From: a virus | IMG/VR virus record: IMGVR_UViG_3300037882_003336 | Coordinates: 1-64,000 of that record | DNA: 64,000 nt | Reading direction: 5' to 3' (one strand) | In this document: positions 35,990 to 45,709 of the stretch, in pieces | Layout: every line of letters begins with the position of its first letter | Numbering within the stretch: position 1 is the first letter of the stretch | Translations under genes and position numbers: made by a program | Notes under the pieces: model-generated | Seen by the model: the letters and a program-made list of their open reading frames with translations, nothing else | Database searches by the model: none | Told to the model about the DNA's origin: nothing

Positions 35990-36989
35990 TGTATCCCTCG
36001 GAAAGCAAGCGGGATACAACCAGTTCGGCGGACTCTACCCGCAAAGTGCGCCGACACCAACGCAGAACGTGCCGTTCGACGGCTTCATTCGAAAAGTGGT
36101 TGACGGCAGCTTCGCCAATCGCGGCAGCTGGATCGGAATGCCCATCCAGATTGGCGGCTTCCTGATGAAGCGCGTGGGCGTCTTGCCGACCGTAGGTGCT
36201 GTTCAGATAGTTGACGATAGTCTGCTCGTCCAAGCCCTGAGAGCCGTCGTTGCAGAACACGTTCACCACCTTTTTCATGACGTACCGGGCGTCACTGTCG
36301 TTCAGCTTGAACAGGGTCTTGATGGAGCCACCGAATCCGAGCCCCGGCTTGAGCAAATACTCACCGTGGTTGAGCCCCGGATGCGGCTCGACCGATTCTC
36401 CGAGCCCTCTGATGTCGGTCTTCACGATAGTCAAGTTGGGGTTGCGACGGCGGAACTGGCGGACCGCCTCTTTGATGGCCTGTCTCCGGGAACCAGAAAA
36501 GCCGTCCAAGGACACCTTGGAGACACCTTTCTGCCCCTTGGCGGTTACCCAACCGATTTTGGCGCAGGCGCTCTCCTTGATACCGGACACAAAGTCGGGG
36601 CTATCGGAACTGAAATAGCGCGGCGAACCGGGTTCGACCTCACCGTCTCCGGCCTGCTGGGGTTGTTGTGAACCACCGTCGGCATCGAGAAGCTGGTAGA
36701 ACAGGTACGGCATCTGGTCGAGGAACCGGTTGAGTTCCTTGACGACAGTTTCAAGCGGACCTTGGAAGTGCGCGTCAGACTCTCCCTCAATCTCCGCGTA
36801 AACGTCACCCGGCGAATCAGCGGGTGGCTGAATCTTCACCATGATGTCGCGGAACCCCTGACCTTCCTTGGAAAAGCACCGGACTTGGTGGTTCAGCTGG
36901 CTGGTGCTTTCGAGATCACGCGGCGAGAACACCGACTTGCGAGCGGTGGCGCAGGCATCTCGGCATTGCTGCACGGTGAAAAGTGACAT
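35976..36989 (-). CDS. Hypothetical protein (possibly virion)
   Basis: Long ORF with many xxE(S/A) sites. Confidence 0.65.
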   Translation of the reverse strand: MSLFTVQQCRDACATARKSVFSPRDLESTSQLNHQVRCFSKEGQGFRDIMVKIQPPADSPGDVYAEIEGESDAHFQGPLETVVKELNRFLDQMPYLFYQLLDADGGSQQPQQAGDGEVEPGSPRYFSSDSPDFVSGIKESACAKIGWVTAKGQKGVSKVSLDGFSGSRRQAIKEAVRQFRRRNPNLTIVKTDIRGLGESVEPHPGLNHGEYLLKPGLGFGGSIKTLFKLNDSDARYVMKKVVNVFCNDGSQGLDEQTIVNYLNSTYGRQDAHALHQEAANLDGHSDPAAAIGEAAVNHFSNEAVERHVLRWCRRTLRVESAELVVSRLLSEGYNAAS

Positions 36990-37909
36990 CAGATAGGGCG
37001 CGAGAGGGCTTCGTTGATGTTGGCAACGGTGCGATTGCGGAGCTTGGACCCGGTGTCATCCGTGGTCGTCTTCTCGTGGTCGTCCTGTTCCTTCTTGTTG
37101 AAGTCGTCGTTCTTGAGGAACAGCCACTCGTTGGACCCCAACACGCCGTCTGGCGATGGCTTGAGGCCGCGCTTGACCAGCACATATCCGAGCTTGTCGG
37201 TGATACGGGTCACCCAGTCGGTGACACCCTGGAATTCGCGGGCCATCTTGTCGCAATCGGCAGCGCCAAGCGTCAGATAGACGCCGTTGCTGAGGCCGCG
37301 CCATTCGAGCGGCTTGACACCACACTCCCGGCTGAAAGCCTTGATGAAGGCGGCGTGGTCCCATGGGTCCTCGTCCCGCTCACCGGCTTTGGCGACCGAA
37401 CTTGCCTTGCTGAAAGCCTTTGGCTTCTCCTGTTTCAGCTTGTGCTGGTTGGTCTCTTCCCAGAGTGTTTGCAGGGTGACTCGGACCACCGATTCGTCGA
37501 GGTTCCCTTGCTGGGTGGCCTTGAGAATGCGCTTGGCGGCGGCAGCTTGGCGCACCACGATGGTCTCCAAGAGGTTCGTGGGATTCTTGCGGAAGAAGCG
37601 GAGCAGGTGTCCGGACTCTTGGCAATATTGGCGGGTGAGTGACCGGCTGGAACGCACCAGATGGCGACGGAGGGATTCAATCGACCCAACGGCTTCGTTG
37701 ATCGCGGCCAAGTGGGTTTTAGCGGCTTCCTCATTGACCACGTTGCCCCACGCTTCCAGAGCTTCCGGGTTTTCCTGTTCCATGAGTTGCGCAAGCACGC
37801 GCTCCTGGTTGTCGGACTCGCTCAGATAGTCGAGGCGACCGGGGGCCGACAAGATAGCCCAGGCTAGTGCTGAGATTGGAGTCTCAGAGATGGAGAAGTT
37901 GGGCGGCAT
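36989..37909 (-). CDS. Hypothetical protein (possibly virion)
   Basis: Long ORF with LSES, INEA, LDES and LLET sites; one-base stop/start overlaps. Confidence 0.65.
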   Translation of the reverse strand: MPPNFSISETPISALAWAILSAPGRLDYLSESDNQERVLAQLMEQENPEALEAWGNVVNEEAAKTHLAAINEAVGSIESLRRHLVRSSRSLTRQYCQESGHLLRFFRKNPTNLLETIVVRQAAAAKRILKATQQGNLDESVVRVTLQTLWEETNQHKLKQEKPKAFSKASSVAKAGERDEDPWDHAAFIKAFSRECGVKPLEWRGLSNGVYLTLGAADCDKMAREFQGVTDWVTRITDKLGYVLVKRGLKPSPDGVLGSNEWLFLKNDDFNKKEQDDHEKTTTDDTGSKLRNRTVANINEALSRPI

Positions 37910-38280
37910 TACGCGGTTGGGTAGGGGTAGATGGTGAAGGCTTCCGCTGGATCGTCGGCGAACGAAGAGTGGAGGGACACTTCAATGGAGCCATCCACGC
38001 CCAGTATGACGAGGCGAAGCTGCACAGAACTCGTGATTTTGGCGTTGTGAATCGCGTTAGCAGCGAGTTCAAAGTTGGTGACGGTGTCTTCCCCGACCGT
38101 GAACGTCTTGTCGGTCCAAGTGGCTCCACCGTTGGACGACTCTTGGTACTTGTAGGTGATCGCACTACCCGACTGGGAGCGCAACGAGATCAGCACCCCG
38201 GATGGATCGGGAGCAATCCAGACGACGACGGGCGTGAGCGTTGTCGGCACGTCCTTGATGAAGCTGCGCGTTGTGACCAT
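37909..38280 (-). CDS. Hypothetical beta-rich structural protein
   Basis: ORF in a structural block. Confidence 0.55.
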   Translation of the reverse strand: MVTTRSFIKDVPTTLTPVVVWIAPDPSGVLISLRSQSGSAITYKYQESSNGGATWTDKTFTVGEDTVTNFELAANAIHNAKITSSVQLRLVILGVDGSIEVSLHSSFADDPAEAFTIYPYPTA

Positions 38281-38301
38281 GACAATAAGTAGGAGACGGA
38301 A

Positions 38302-38853
38302 CTACCCGCCCACTTGATAGAACTTGCTGGCGATTGCCTCACTTGTAATCCAGTTGGAGTCCGCGACCACGTCAACCAGTTTGCCGTCGTAGGATGGCAG
38401 CATCCGGAACACCCCCGAGAAGGTGGCAACGATTGGCACCATTACCCCACCCTCCAGAGTGAACGGCTTTTGTCCGATCGCTGACCCAGTGAGCAAAATA
38501 CCCTTGGTGTTGACGGAGTTAGACAGGATGAGACGCCCAGGTTTGGGTGGCCCCAGCACACCCTGTTCCGTGCCTTGGGTCGGCGCTACCAGCTGGTGAA
38601 GCGTGATCATGTGCTGACGGAGCGTCGCCGTATCCTTGACGGTCACGCCAGCAGCCAGCGTGAAGCGGAACGGAAACTCCATCATGCGAGTGCCCCGGTA
38701 GTACAGGGCACTCTGCGTTGCGATGCTGGAGACGTTTTCGCTCCAATCGGCTTCGCGGGACAGTTCGATCTGGTCCATCCCGAAAATCGGGATCATGCGA
38801 TCGGACGACGAACCGTCAAGTCCTATGTAGCCTTGTGGGATAACACTGGTCAC
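38302..38853 (-). CDS. Putative tail-tube-fold baseplate hub protein
   Basis: I...R.A.W...LYY.GT....F.F.F.L...PP...LIL pattern resembles contractile-tail tube initiator proteins. Confidence 0.45.
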   Translation of the reverse strand: MTSVIPQGYIGLDGSSSDRMIPIFGMDQIELSREADWSENVSSIATQSALYYRGTRMMEFPFRFTLAAGVTVKDTATLRQHMITLHQLVAPTQGTEQGVLGPPKPGRLILSNSVNTKGILLTGSAIGQKPFTLEGGVMVPIVATFSGVFRMLPSYDGKLVDVVADSNWITSEAIASKFYQVGG

Positions 38854-38879
38854 CCCAATAAAAAGCGCCTACGGCGGCT

Positions 38880-39317
38880 CTACTCGTCGATCCTCTCGAA
38901 ATAATCCCGCGACACCGATTGATCACCGGTCTGGATCGCGGCAATCACTGCCTTCACTCGGTCCATCGGTAGGTTGTGTTCGGTACCCCAGTTTGATGGG
39001 TCCATGTCCTGTACGGAGCACAACCGATAGCTGTCGCAGGTCACCGAGTCGTCACCTTCACCGCTTTCCTCGTCGTACGCGCTGTCTTCCCCTCCCCTCC
39101 AGTATACCCCGAGAAGATAGCCACCAAGGTCTTCAATGTCAAACCGCCACAGTTCGTCCCCCTCTTCCACTGACGTGTTTGGAGGCAACAAGGCGAACGC
39201 ACCCCAATAAGAGTCGGCCCTCTCGTATCCAAGGTCCCACAGCGCCCAGTCTTTCAGGTCAGTCGCTTCAGTGAGTGGGAAGAGAGTTTCTTCGATCCGT
39301 TTGGTGAGGTTGCTCAT
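38880..39317 (-). CDS. Acidic hypothetical protein (putative internal head protein)
   Basis: Leader MSNLTKRIEETLFPLTEA. Confidence 0.6.
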   Translation of the reverse strand: MSNLTKRIEETLFPLTEATDLKDWALWDLGYERADSYWGAFALLPPNTSVEEGDELWRFDIEDLGGYLLGVYWRGGEDSAYDEESGEGDDSVTCDSYRLCSVQDMDPSNWGTEHNLPMDRVKAVIAAIQTGDQSVSRDYFERIDE

Positions 39318-39323
39318 GGCGAT

Positions 39324-39665
39324 TTACGACAGATACCGCTTCAGTTCGTCCAGCGCCTCTTGGAAAGAGGCCGTATCGGTGAGGTCGATGAACGCCTCAG
39401 CCTCACCTTCAAGTTCTTCGGCCCGCAGTTGCGTGGCTTGGTCAATGCTGTTGTTGGCAGCGATCGAGTCACCCAAGGCAGGAATAACGTCGTTGAACTT
39501 CTCACCTGCGATGAGCTTTTCAAGCACCGATGTCACGACGGACGGCTTGGCCTGCCAGATGACTGTCTTGGAAACCCCAAACGCAACGGCGAGCAGGATG
39601 TCTTCCTCAGGTGCAACGGCTTCGGGTGATCCAAGGGTTTCGGTGATTTTGGAGATAAGGCTCAT
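39324..39665 (-). CDS. Hypothetical protein (putative internal head protein)
   Basis: Leader MSLISKITET. Confidence 0.6.
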   Translation of the reverse strand: MSLISKITETLGSPEAVAPEEDILLAVAFGVSKTVIWQAKPSVVTSVLEKLIAGEKFNDVIPALGDSIAANNSIDQATQLRAEELEGEAEAFIDLTDTASFQEALDELKRYLS

Positions 39666-39667
39666 GG

Positions 39668-40057
39668 TCAGATGTGTTTGAGTGCGGCTTCCCACTCGCT
39701 CACAAGCAGAGAAATCGAGTAGGCTTGGACATTCCCGTAGTTGGTCTGCTCGTTGTTTGGGTCTCCTTTCAGCATCCCGATGACGAGACGGCGGAAGTTG
39801 GTGGGGAACTCAAACTGGTACGACAGCGGGGCGAGGTGGTTTGGTCCGCGTTCCGGGGTGATCCATGCCTGAATGTACCCATTGGCCCGCTGAGTGGTCA
39901 CACCGCGCACCCGGAGCTTGGCTGATGGAATGCGGAATGCGTGGGACAGCCTCCGCTTCAGTTCGACCGTAGAGATCTGGGCGGGGGCGGCTGGCACAGC
40001 CTCTGGTGCTGGCACGTCCGCCTCAAGCTCTTCGGTGATTCTGGTGGTGAGGCTCAT
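39668..40057 (-). CDS. Hypothetical protein (putative internal head protein)
   Basis: Leader MSLTTRITEELEA. Confidence 0.6.
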   Translation of the reverse strand: MSLTTRITEELEADVPAPEAVPAAPAQISTVELKRRLSHAFRIPSAKLRVRGVTTQRANGYIQAWITPERGPNHLAPLSYQFEFPTNFRRLVIGMLKGDPNNEQTNYGNVQAYSISLLVSEWEAALKHI

Positions 40058-40062
40058 GGCGA

Positions 40063-40091
40063 ACTATAACACGAGACTTGAAGCTTGTCAA
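40063..40091 (-). promoter_or_regulatory. Sigma70-type promoter (leaderless)
   Basis: TTGACA-17 nt-TATAGT; ATG 5 nt downstream. Confidence 0.85.
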
Positions 40092-40102
40092 GTCAACCGC
40101 TG

Positions 40103-40669
40103 TTAGCGGTACATCCGGCGCGGAACCGCAATGTCAACGCTCATTTCCAAGCGGATCATGCTGTTATCGTCGGAGTCGTGGTCGAGGTCGTCGTAGTCGA
40201 GCACCGTTGGCCACACGCCCTGCAGATCCCATACCCGGTCGTTGTATGGCTCAAGGCCAACCGCACCGGGGAACCCGTTCACCACTGGAGCGCCCGGAGG
40301 GAGCAACATGAGTTCGGCGGTCTTCTTGTAGTTGCCGACGAAGTTGATGCCGCCAGTGGCCGGATTGAAGACGGTCCGCTTCCAGTCCGACAGGACACCC
40401 AGGATGTCGTTGTCAAGGTAGTCGTGGAAGGAGAGGGCGACGTTGCTTTGCGGCTCCAAGGAACCCGCGAAAAACACCGTTTGGTTGAAATATTTGATGC
40501 CCTTCTTCGACAGTTGGACTGGCGGAATCTTGGCGGATTTGAGCGAAAGGACCAAACGTTCCGTTTGTCCAAGGCCCGCGATGACCAAAGCGAAGTTGGC
40601 TTTGACTTGCGGGGTGTAAGATCCCGCTTGAGCCATCAAGCTGTGACCAGCAAAGTTGGAGATGATCAT
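40103..40669 (-). CDS. Tail tube protein, T4 gp19-like
   Basis: IP.V......IKYFN....FAG, W...V.NP.TG, YKK...L, W.L.GVWP and L.VD.A motifs. Confidence 0.8.
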   Translation of the reverse strand: MIISNFAGHSLMAQAGSYTPQVKANFALVIAGLGQTERLVLSLKSAKIPPVQLSKKGIKYFNQTVFFAGSLEPQSNVALSFHDYLDNDILGVLSDWKRTVFNPATGGINFVGNYKKTAELMLLPPGAPVVNGFPGAVGLEPYNDRVWDLQGVWPTVLDYDDLDHDSDDNSMIRLEMSVDIAVPRRMYR

Positions 40670-40727
40670 TGGTGTAAGAGGCGACGAGCCTTGCACCAAT
40701 AGATAGGGGTCTCGATGTGCGCACGTC

Positions 40728-41027
40728 TTAGAAGACGATGGACGTGTGTCTGAGTCCCTTCCACGCTTCCAGTTTGGCAACGATCCCAGAGCAGGTCTTC
40801 GGCTTCACATGCCCAGCCTCACCACCCTCCAACACGGAATACGCTGACCAGACAAAGTCTCTGGCGAAGTCCAACAAGTCTTCTGGTGGTTCAGAGTCCA
40901 CGAAGGTCACCATCTGAATAGCATGCAGGATGTTGAGATACGCCAGTGGTCTGGGCACTATGCCGACCAAAACCGCCTTTGCCAGAGTCCTAAAAGCCTG
41001 GATCTTTAGAGCGTCTTCGTGCTTCAT
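40728..41027 (-). CDS. Hypothetical protein
   Basis: ORF only. Confidence 0.5.
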   Translation of the reverse strand: MKHEDALKIQAFRTLAKAVLVGIVPRPLAYLNILHAIQMVTFVDSEPPEDLLDFARDFVWSAYSVLEGGEAGHVKPKTCSGIVAKLEAWKGLRHTSIVF

Positions 41028-41060
41028 ACAAACCGACAGAAATCCTAGGGTTCTTACCGA

Positions 41061-41828
41061 ATGATGACTGAGCTACTCCCGTCCATTCAAACCACCGCTT
41101 TCAAGTTCCGCGAATCTTTGCTTGAACTGGCGGAGGAAAATAAAGAGGCGGACGTGCTTTGGTGTAGTTATGGAGCCTCCCGAGTCTGGACTACCAATCT
41201 TCTGCGAGAACTTCACAAGACGGTGCCAAAGATGAGGCTTCGGTTACTGATTGGCATGGGGGTCTTTAAAGATTGCGGACACGGCGGAAACTGGTACCGA
41301 ATTGACTACAGTGAGAAAGATCACTGGAAGAGCGTCGCCACCCAATATGGTCGCAGGATGATCTTCAATGGCGTCAACAAACTGTGGAGCATCAGTGACC
41401 CGGAACCAAATCTGGAGAAGATACTGAAAAGCAAACTGGTTGTCCTTTCGTCGTGCCCAAGCTGTTTGGAGATCTGGAAAGACAAGGTGAAGGTACCACG
41501 GGATTTGGCGGTGGAGTTCCCATGGGTGGCCATCAGGACATCACAAAAGACCCACCTGAAAGCCTACCTGTGGAATCAAAACCACGTGATCACGGGGCTA
41601 TTCGGGTCTAGGAACCTTGGCGACTCAGAGTGGTCCGATATTACCACCAAGGTGGGTGGCCATCTCGCCGGAGACCTGTGGGTGGAAATGGAAAAGACTT
41701 GGAAAGGCGGGGTCAGCGCCGGGAAGATGTTTGAAGACCTTACCCGACCCCGTCAGGCTAGCCGCTCCGCTGAGTGGCTGGATGACCACTTGGATTACGG
41801 GTGGGGTCCGGGAGAAGATCCGCACTGA
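41061..41828 (+). CDS. Phospholipase D superfamily (HKD-type) nuclease-like protein
   Basis: THLKAY...FGSRNL motif and LRLLIG strand. Confidence 0.65.
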   Translation: MMTELLPSIQTTAFKFRESLLELAEENKEADVLWCSYGASRVWTTNLLRELHKTVPKMRLRLLIGMGVFKDCGHGGNWYRIDYSEKDHWKSVATQYGRRMIFNGVNKLWSISDPEPNLEKILKSKLVVLSSCPSCLEIWKDKVKVPRDLAVEFPWVAIRTSQKTHLKAYLWNQNHVITGLFGSRNLGDSEWSDITTKVGGHLAGDLWVEMEKTWKGGVSAGKMFEDLTRPRQASRSAEWLDDHLDYGWGPGEDPH

Positions 41829-41829
41829 T

Positions 41830-42069
41830 ATGGACCGAGAACCAACCCCAGGAGACGTGTGGATGATCCGTGGTCAGCCCGGATATATCGACAGCATTGA
41901 CGGCTCCACGCTGTTGATATGCCACGCCAGCCAAGATGGTGACAAGTGGCGACCAGCCAACATTCACGAAGTCGGTGCCCACGTACTGTGGCTCGCTGAG
42001 ATCAGCAAAACCGACTTTGCCAAACTCTCCCAAGAAGGAGAGTTCCTAGGGAACTGGCCAAGGACTTAG
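41830..42069 (+). CDS. Hypothetical protein
   Basis: Start MDREPT directly after the upstream stop. Confidence 0.5.
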   Translation: MDREPTPGDVWMIRGQPGYIDSIDGSTLLICHASQDGDKWRPANIHEVGAHVLWLAEISKTDFAKLSQEGEFLGNWPRT

Positions 42070-43673
42070 TCCTGCTCAACCGTCAGGTCGCGACCCCAAG
42101 AGAACCGGATCGGGACGGTCAGGCGGTGGAGTTCATCCTTCACCTGGGGCTGTTCGAAATCCCAGAACCCTTGGATTCTGGAGGTGCCAGTGATGTGATT
42201 CGAAGTCGTCGCGTCTTCCCAGACCGAGATGCCGATTCCTTGGATGTCGTCCGCATTCCCGACGGAACTCGTGAAAACGGCTTCGTAGTCCAGGTAGTGG
42301 TTGCCAGCGGTGTAGGACGCTGGGGCGAGGGCGGCGTTGGAGGTGGAGGTACGACCGGCGTGGTTCTCGCCACCAGCCACCGGGAATGACCCCGGTGTAA
42401 CGTCGGCGTACAAACAGAGGTTGAAGAAACGAGCGGTTCCAGCGGTGCCTTTCCGGCTCGGCTCCATAATGGTCGCGTAGTCTTGAGCGCCAGTCACCGA
42501 CAGGTTGTTGTAAGTGGCGTTATAGCCAGCAGTTCCGGTGCTGAAATTGGCGATGTTCCACCAGAGCAGCTTGAACGTTGCAACGGTGTTGTTGTACACC
42601 GTGCCAACTGCACCAGCGTCAGTCAGGTTGGTGGCATCGGAAATCGTGATGGTATCGGCGGTCACCGAGTCGATCACATAGTCACCGTCATAGTCAACGG
42701 TGCCGTTGATCGTGATGCTGCCTCCCGCCAAATAATGGTGGTTGCCATCGGTCGTCACCACCCACTCGGTACCATCGCTCGTGACCGACAGGATGCCGTA
42801 CTCAACAGGCCAACCGGTGATATCGAATGGCTCGGTGACATGGTCGGCACCCAATGCCGAACCGCACTTCACGTAGAGTTCGTAACGGACGCGCAATTGT
42901 TGCCCGGTCAGGACTTCTTGGTCTGGAACCAGGAAAATCCGGCTCCACAGGTTGTTGCCAGCACCCGCTTGGCTGGAGAATCCGATTTCCGTGTAGGTCA
43001 CATCACCCACTTCTTCCGGGAAGTCGAAGGTGCGGCGGAACAGGACGGTGGCGGTGCCGGAGTCAGCAATATTATCGCAGGAAAGCGTGACAAGATCCGG
43101 GTCCGTGTAAACTGCGTAAGTGTTGCTCCGCTGAGTCTCCGTGCCCATCCCGATCTGGTCAACCCGGTAGATGATTACATCGTCAGCCACCACCGTTTGG
43201 GATCGATCCACGGTGACCGTGGTAGCGCTGGTGAATGTGACAACCTTCGCCTCTTCACCGGAATCCCAGCGAATCAGGCGTCCTTCATCGTTGATCGTGA
43301 AGTCCCGCGCACCGGAGGCTCTGGTTACTGTGGTTCCAGCCTGACTGTAAGTGCCGGTCACATCTTCTTTGGTCACCTCGGTGCCGGTACCACACACCGC
43401 ATAGGTGAGTTGGTCGCGCCAGCGTTCGGTCGCCAGACGGTCGAGTCCGCTGTCAAGAATGAGGTTGTTGATCCAGGGACTTTCCTTGACCACGTTCCCG
43501 TTTTCCACCACGTAGACCTTGGCACGACCACGCGCCAGAACCGGTGGCGCTTCGAGAAACCTGTGTCGGGCAGCAGCCGTCGGTTGTTTAAGCGCAGACC
43601 GACGACGCACCCTCTTGGGACGTGGAAGAATCGCGGACGGAATTAGCGGCGGAGTCATCCCGAAAAGTAGCAT
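42066..43673 (-). CDS. Tail collar/fibre-attachment-like structural protein
   Basis: NLILDSG, CGTGT and TEIG...LWSR motifs; Thr/Gly-rich beta inserts. Confidence 0.6.
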   Translation of the reverse strand: MLLFGMTPPLIPSAILPRPKRVRRRSALKQPTAAARHRFLEAPPVLARGRAKVYVVENGNVVKESPWINNLILDSGLDRLATERWRDQLTYAVCGTGTEVTKEDVTGTYSQAGTTVTRASGARDFTINDEGRLIRWDSGEEAKVVTFTSATTVTVDRSQTVVADDVIIYRVDQIGMGTETQRSNTYAVYTDPDLVTLSCDNIADSGTATVLFRRTFDFPEEVGDVTYTEIGFSSQAGAGNNLWSRIFLVPDQEVLTGQQLRVRYELYVKCGSALGADHVTEPFDITGWPVEYGILSVTSDGTEWVVTTDGNHHYLAGGSITINGTVDYDGDYVIDSVTADTITISDATNLTDAGAVGTVYNNTVATFKLLWWNIANFSTGTAGYNATYNNLSVTGAQDYATIMEPSRKGTAGTARFFNLCLYADVTPGSFPVAGGENHAGRTSTSNAALAPASYTAGNHYLDYEAVFTSSVGNADDIQGIGISVWEDATTSNHITGTSRIQGFWDFEQPQVKDELHRLTVPIRFSWGRDLTVEQD

Positions 43674-44235
43674 TTTTCTGGCGTAGCCTCTCCATAAGAG
43701 CTTTGGTCGCTTTACCGTGGCACGGGTGACAAAGGGTCCGGAGGTCTTTCAAACCACATTGTCCACCACCCTCCACCACCGGTATCACGTGGTCGCAGTC
43801 CCATCCGGTTGATCTGTGTGGCATCCACCCATTCCACTTCGGCCCAATCATCTCTCGCGCCTTACTCTTCACCTCTTTCCGCCATTTAGCGAACCAGCCT
43901 GGGGCTGGTATTCGTTCTATCATGGTCTCGGCAACCTTGAGGGCAGCGCGGTAAACTGCCATGAACTCGGTAAACATCTTGGACGCGTCGCACCCACAGC
44001 CAGCGCAGATTCCGCGATCCCTCTTCCACACCGCATGACGAGCCACTGAAGGGTTGTTGCGCAACATCCACGCATCCACGCACTCCTTGGAGTGCCATGT
44101 TCTCCTACCCTTTCCGGGCGGTCTCCCGCACCCGCAACTGCAGAGTGGGGAACCGTCTTCCGCGAACTTTTTGGTGGCGTACTGTCCCCTGCTCGTGCTC
44201 ACCATAAGACTTATGGCTTCCCGAAGATCTTCCAT
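43588..44235 (-). CDS. HNH endonuclease
   Basis: RD.G.C..C...WDCDHVIPVVEGGG...LRTLC..CH. Confidence 0.85.
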   Translation of the reverse strand: MEDLREAISLMVSTSRGQYATKKFAEDGSPLCSCGCGRPPGKGRRTWHSKECVDAWMLRNNPSVARHAVWKRDRGICAGCGCDASKMFTEFMAVYRAALKVAETMIERIPAPGWFAKWRKEVKSKAREMIGPKWNGWMPHRSTGWDCDHVIPVVEGGGQCGLKDLRTLCHPCHGKATKALMERLRQKNATFRDDSAANSVRDSSTSQEGASSVCA

Positions 44236-44456
44236 AACGGTGTGCCCAGATTGTTCGACTCATCTTCGTCTTTCGCCAAGGCGATAGCGGAACTCACCTG
44301 TTCCTGAAGATCCGCTTCCCCGTCGTCCATTTGCACCCGCGTTCCATCGGGTCTGACCGCCTCAACGGACGCTGAGTCCTTTTCCACCGATATCACGATG
44401 GACCATCCATCCACGAGCACCTCGGCAGCTTTGTTGACGGTCTCTTCCAGTGTCAT
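44211..44456 (-). CDS. Hypothetical protein
   Basis: ATGA overlap with purB. Confidence 0.55.
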   Translation of the reverse strand: MTLEETVNKAAEVLVDGWSIVISVEKDSASVEAVRPDGTRVQMDDGEADLQEQVSSAIALAKDEDESNNLGTPLWKIFGKP

Positions 44457-45688
44457 ATGGAGGGATTGGCGTTAGAGTGTGAAGCCAGTTTGATGAGGCG
44501 AATGAGGTCCGGTGACACCGTGTGCTTTGCGTCGCCCATCTTCTTCAGTGCAATGGCCTTGGCCTTTGCACGACTCAATGTCGGGTCTTTGACGCGCTCC
44601 CCCACCATGAATGCCTGAGCCATCACGGATGCCGGAACCACTGGTGGATGCTGTGTGACGTGAACCCTTTCCAGGGTGCTGGTGAGAAGGGTGGTCTGGT
44701 GGCAAAGCACGTGGAAAAGATCTGGCCACACGACGTTTTCGACGGCACTGTGCGAGATGTCGCGTTCATTCCACAATTCCACGTTTTCCAAGAGCGAGTT
44801 CGTATACCCGCGCACCAAGCGAGCCATCCCGCAAACACGCTCCAGCCCCACTGGGTTTGGGCGAGATTCCTTACCGGGCATCGAGCTACTCGTGGAGGTA
44901 CCGGCGTTGCGGTGCCCAGCCGAATATACCAATTCCTCGACACCATCTTGAAGCAAGAGGCGAATATCGAGTGCGATCCGCGCCAAAACTCCAGAATACA
45001 CGGCGAGCATCTGTGCAAATGCTGCGTAAAAGTGGCGGGGGACGCACTGAGTGGATGGGTTGACGATGAACAGACTTTCCTCAATGTTCGGGCAGGATGT
45101 GGTAGAGAGCGGAGACAGACTGAGGCTGTACAGGTCCGGGCGGTAGTAGTAACACCCTACTGAACCACCGAACTTCACAGGCATTTGGGTGAGAGTAAAC
45201 CTTCTCAAGGAGTCTTCGATCTCCCAAAACCAACACTCCAACTTGTGCTTCCATGGGATTGGCTCCGCGAACCTCCCGTGAGTTCTCGCCATGAGTACGC
45301 GACGACTATCCGCGGGGGTGTCCTCTTCCATCACAAGCATGCGACGAATTTGGCCAGTGAGCTTCCCCGCCAAACCCGACAGTCGGTTCCGGTATTCAAC
45401 CAGCTGGATTGACAGGGCGGTGTCGGTGACATCGCTGGTCGTGAGGCCAAGGTGGAGGTTCTGAATCCCGATGTACGGTTCGATGCACCGCAAGACCGCG
45501 TCGAGTTCGTGGCCAGATTCAGCGACAAAGCTATTGAAGTCCGTCCAGCAACAGTGGTTGCGTAGCAGTTCCTTAGCTTCTCCGTCCGGGTCTTTGGAGC
45601 CCGCAAGGAAAAGACTGATCTTAACCCACAAGAAGCGGGTTGATTCCGATACCCACTTGATGTCCTTATCTTCGTACTTTGGTAGCAT
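44453..45688 (-). CDS. purB: Adenylosuccinate lyase (divergent)
   Basis: GHE, HLGLTTSDV.DTA, RTHG, GGSVG, TQ..PR, SSSMPGK...NP...ER..G.AR and ERDISHS.VE motifs. Confidence 0.9.
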   Translation of the reverse strand: MLPKYEDKDIKWVSESTRFLWVKISLFLAGSKDPDGEAKELLRNHCCWTDFNSFVAESGHELDAVLRCIEPYIGIQNLHLGLTTSDVTDTALSIQLVEYRNRLSGLAGKLTGQIRRMLVMEEDTPADSRRVLMARTHGRFAEPIPWKHKLECWFWEIEDSLRRFTLTQMPVKFGGSVGCYYYRPDLYSLSLSPLSTTSCPNIEESLFIVNPSTQCVPRHFYAAFAQMLAVYSGVLARIALDIRLLLQDGVEELVYSAGHRNAGTSTSSSMPGKESRPNPVGLERVCGMARLVRGYTNSLLENVELWNERDISHSAVENVVWPDLFHVLCHQTTLLTSTLERVHVTQHPPVVPASVMAQAFMVGERVKDPTLSRAKAKAIALKKMGDAKHTVSPDLIRLIKLASHSNANPSI

Positions 45689-45709
45689 CCAAAGTAAGAA
45701 CGCCGCCCA

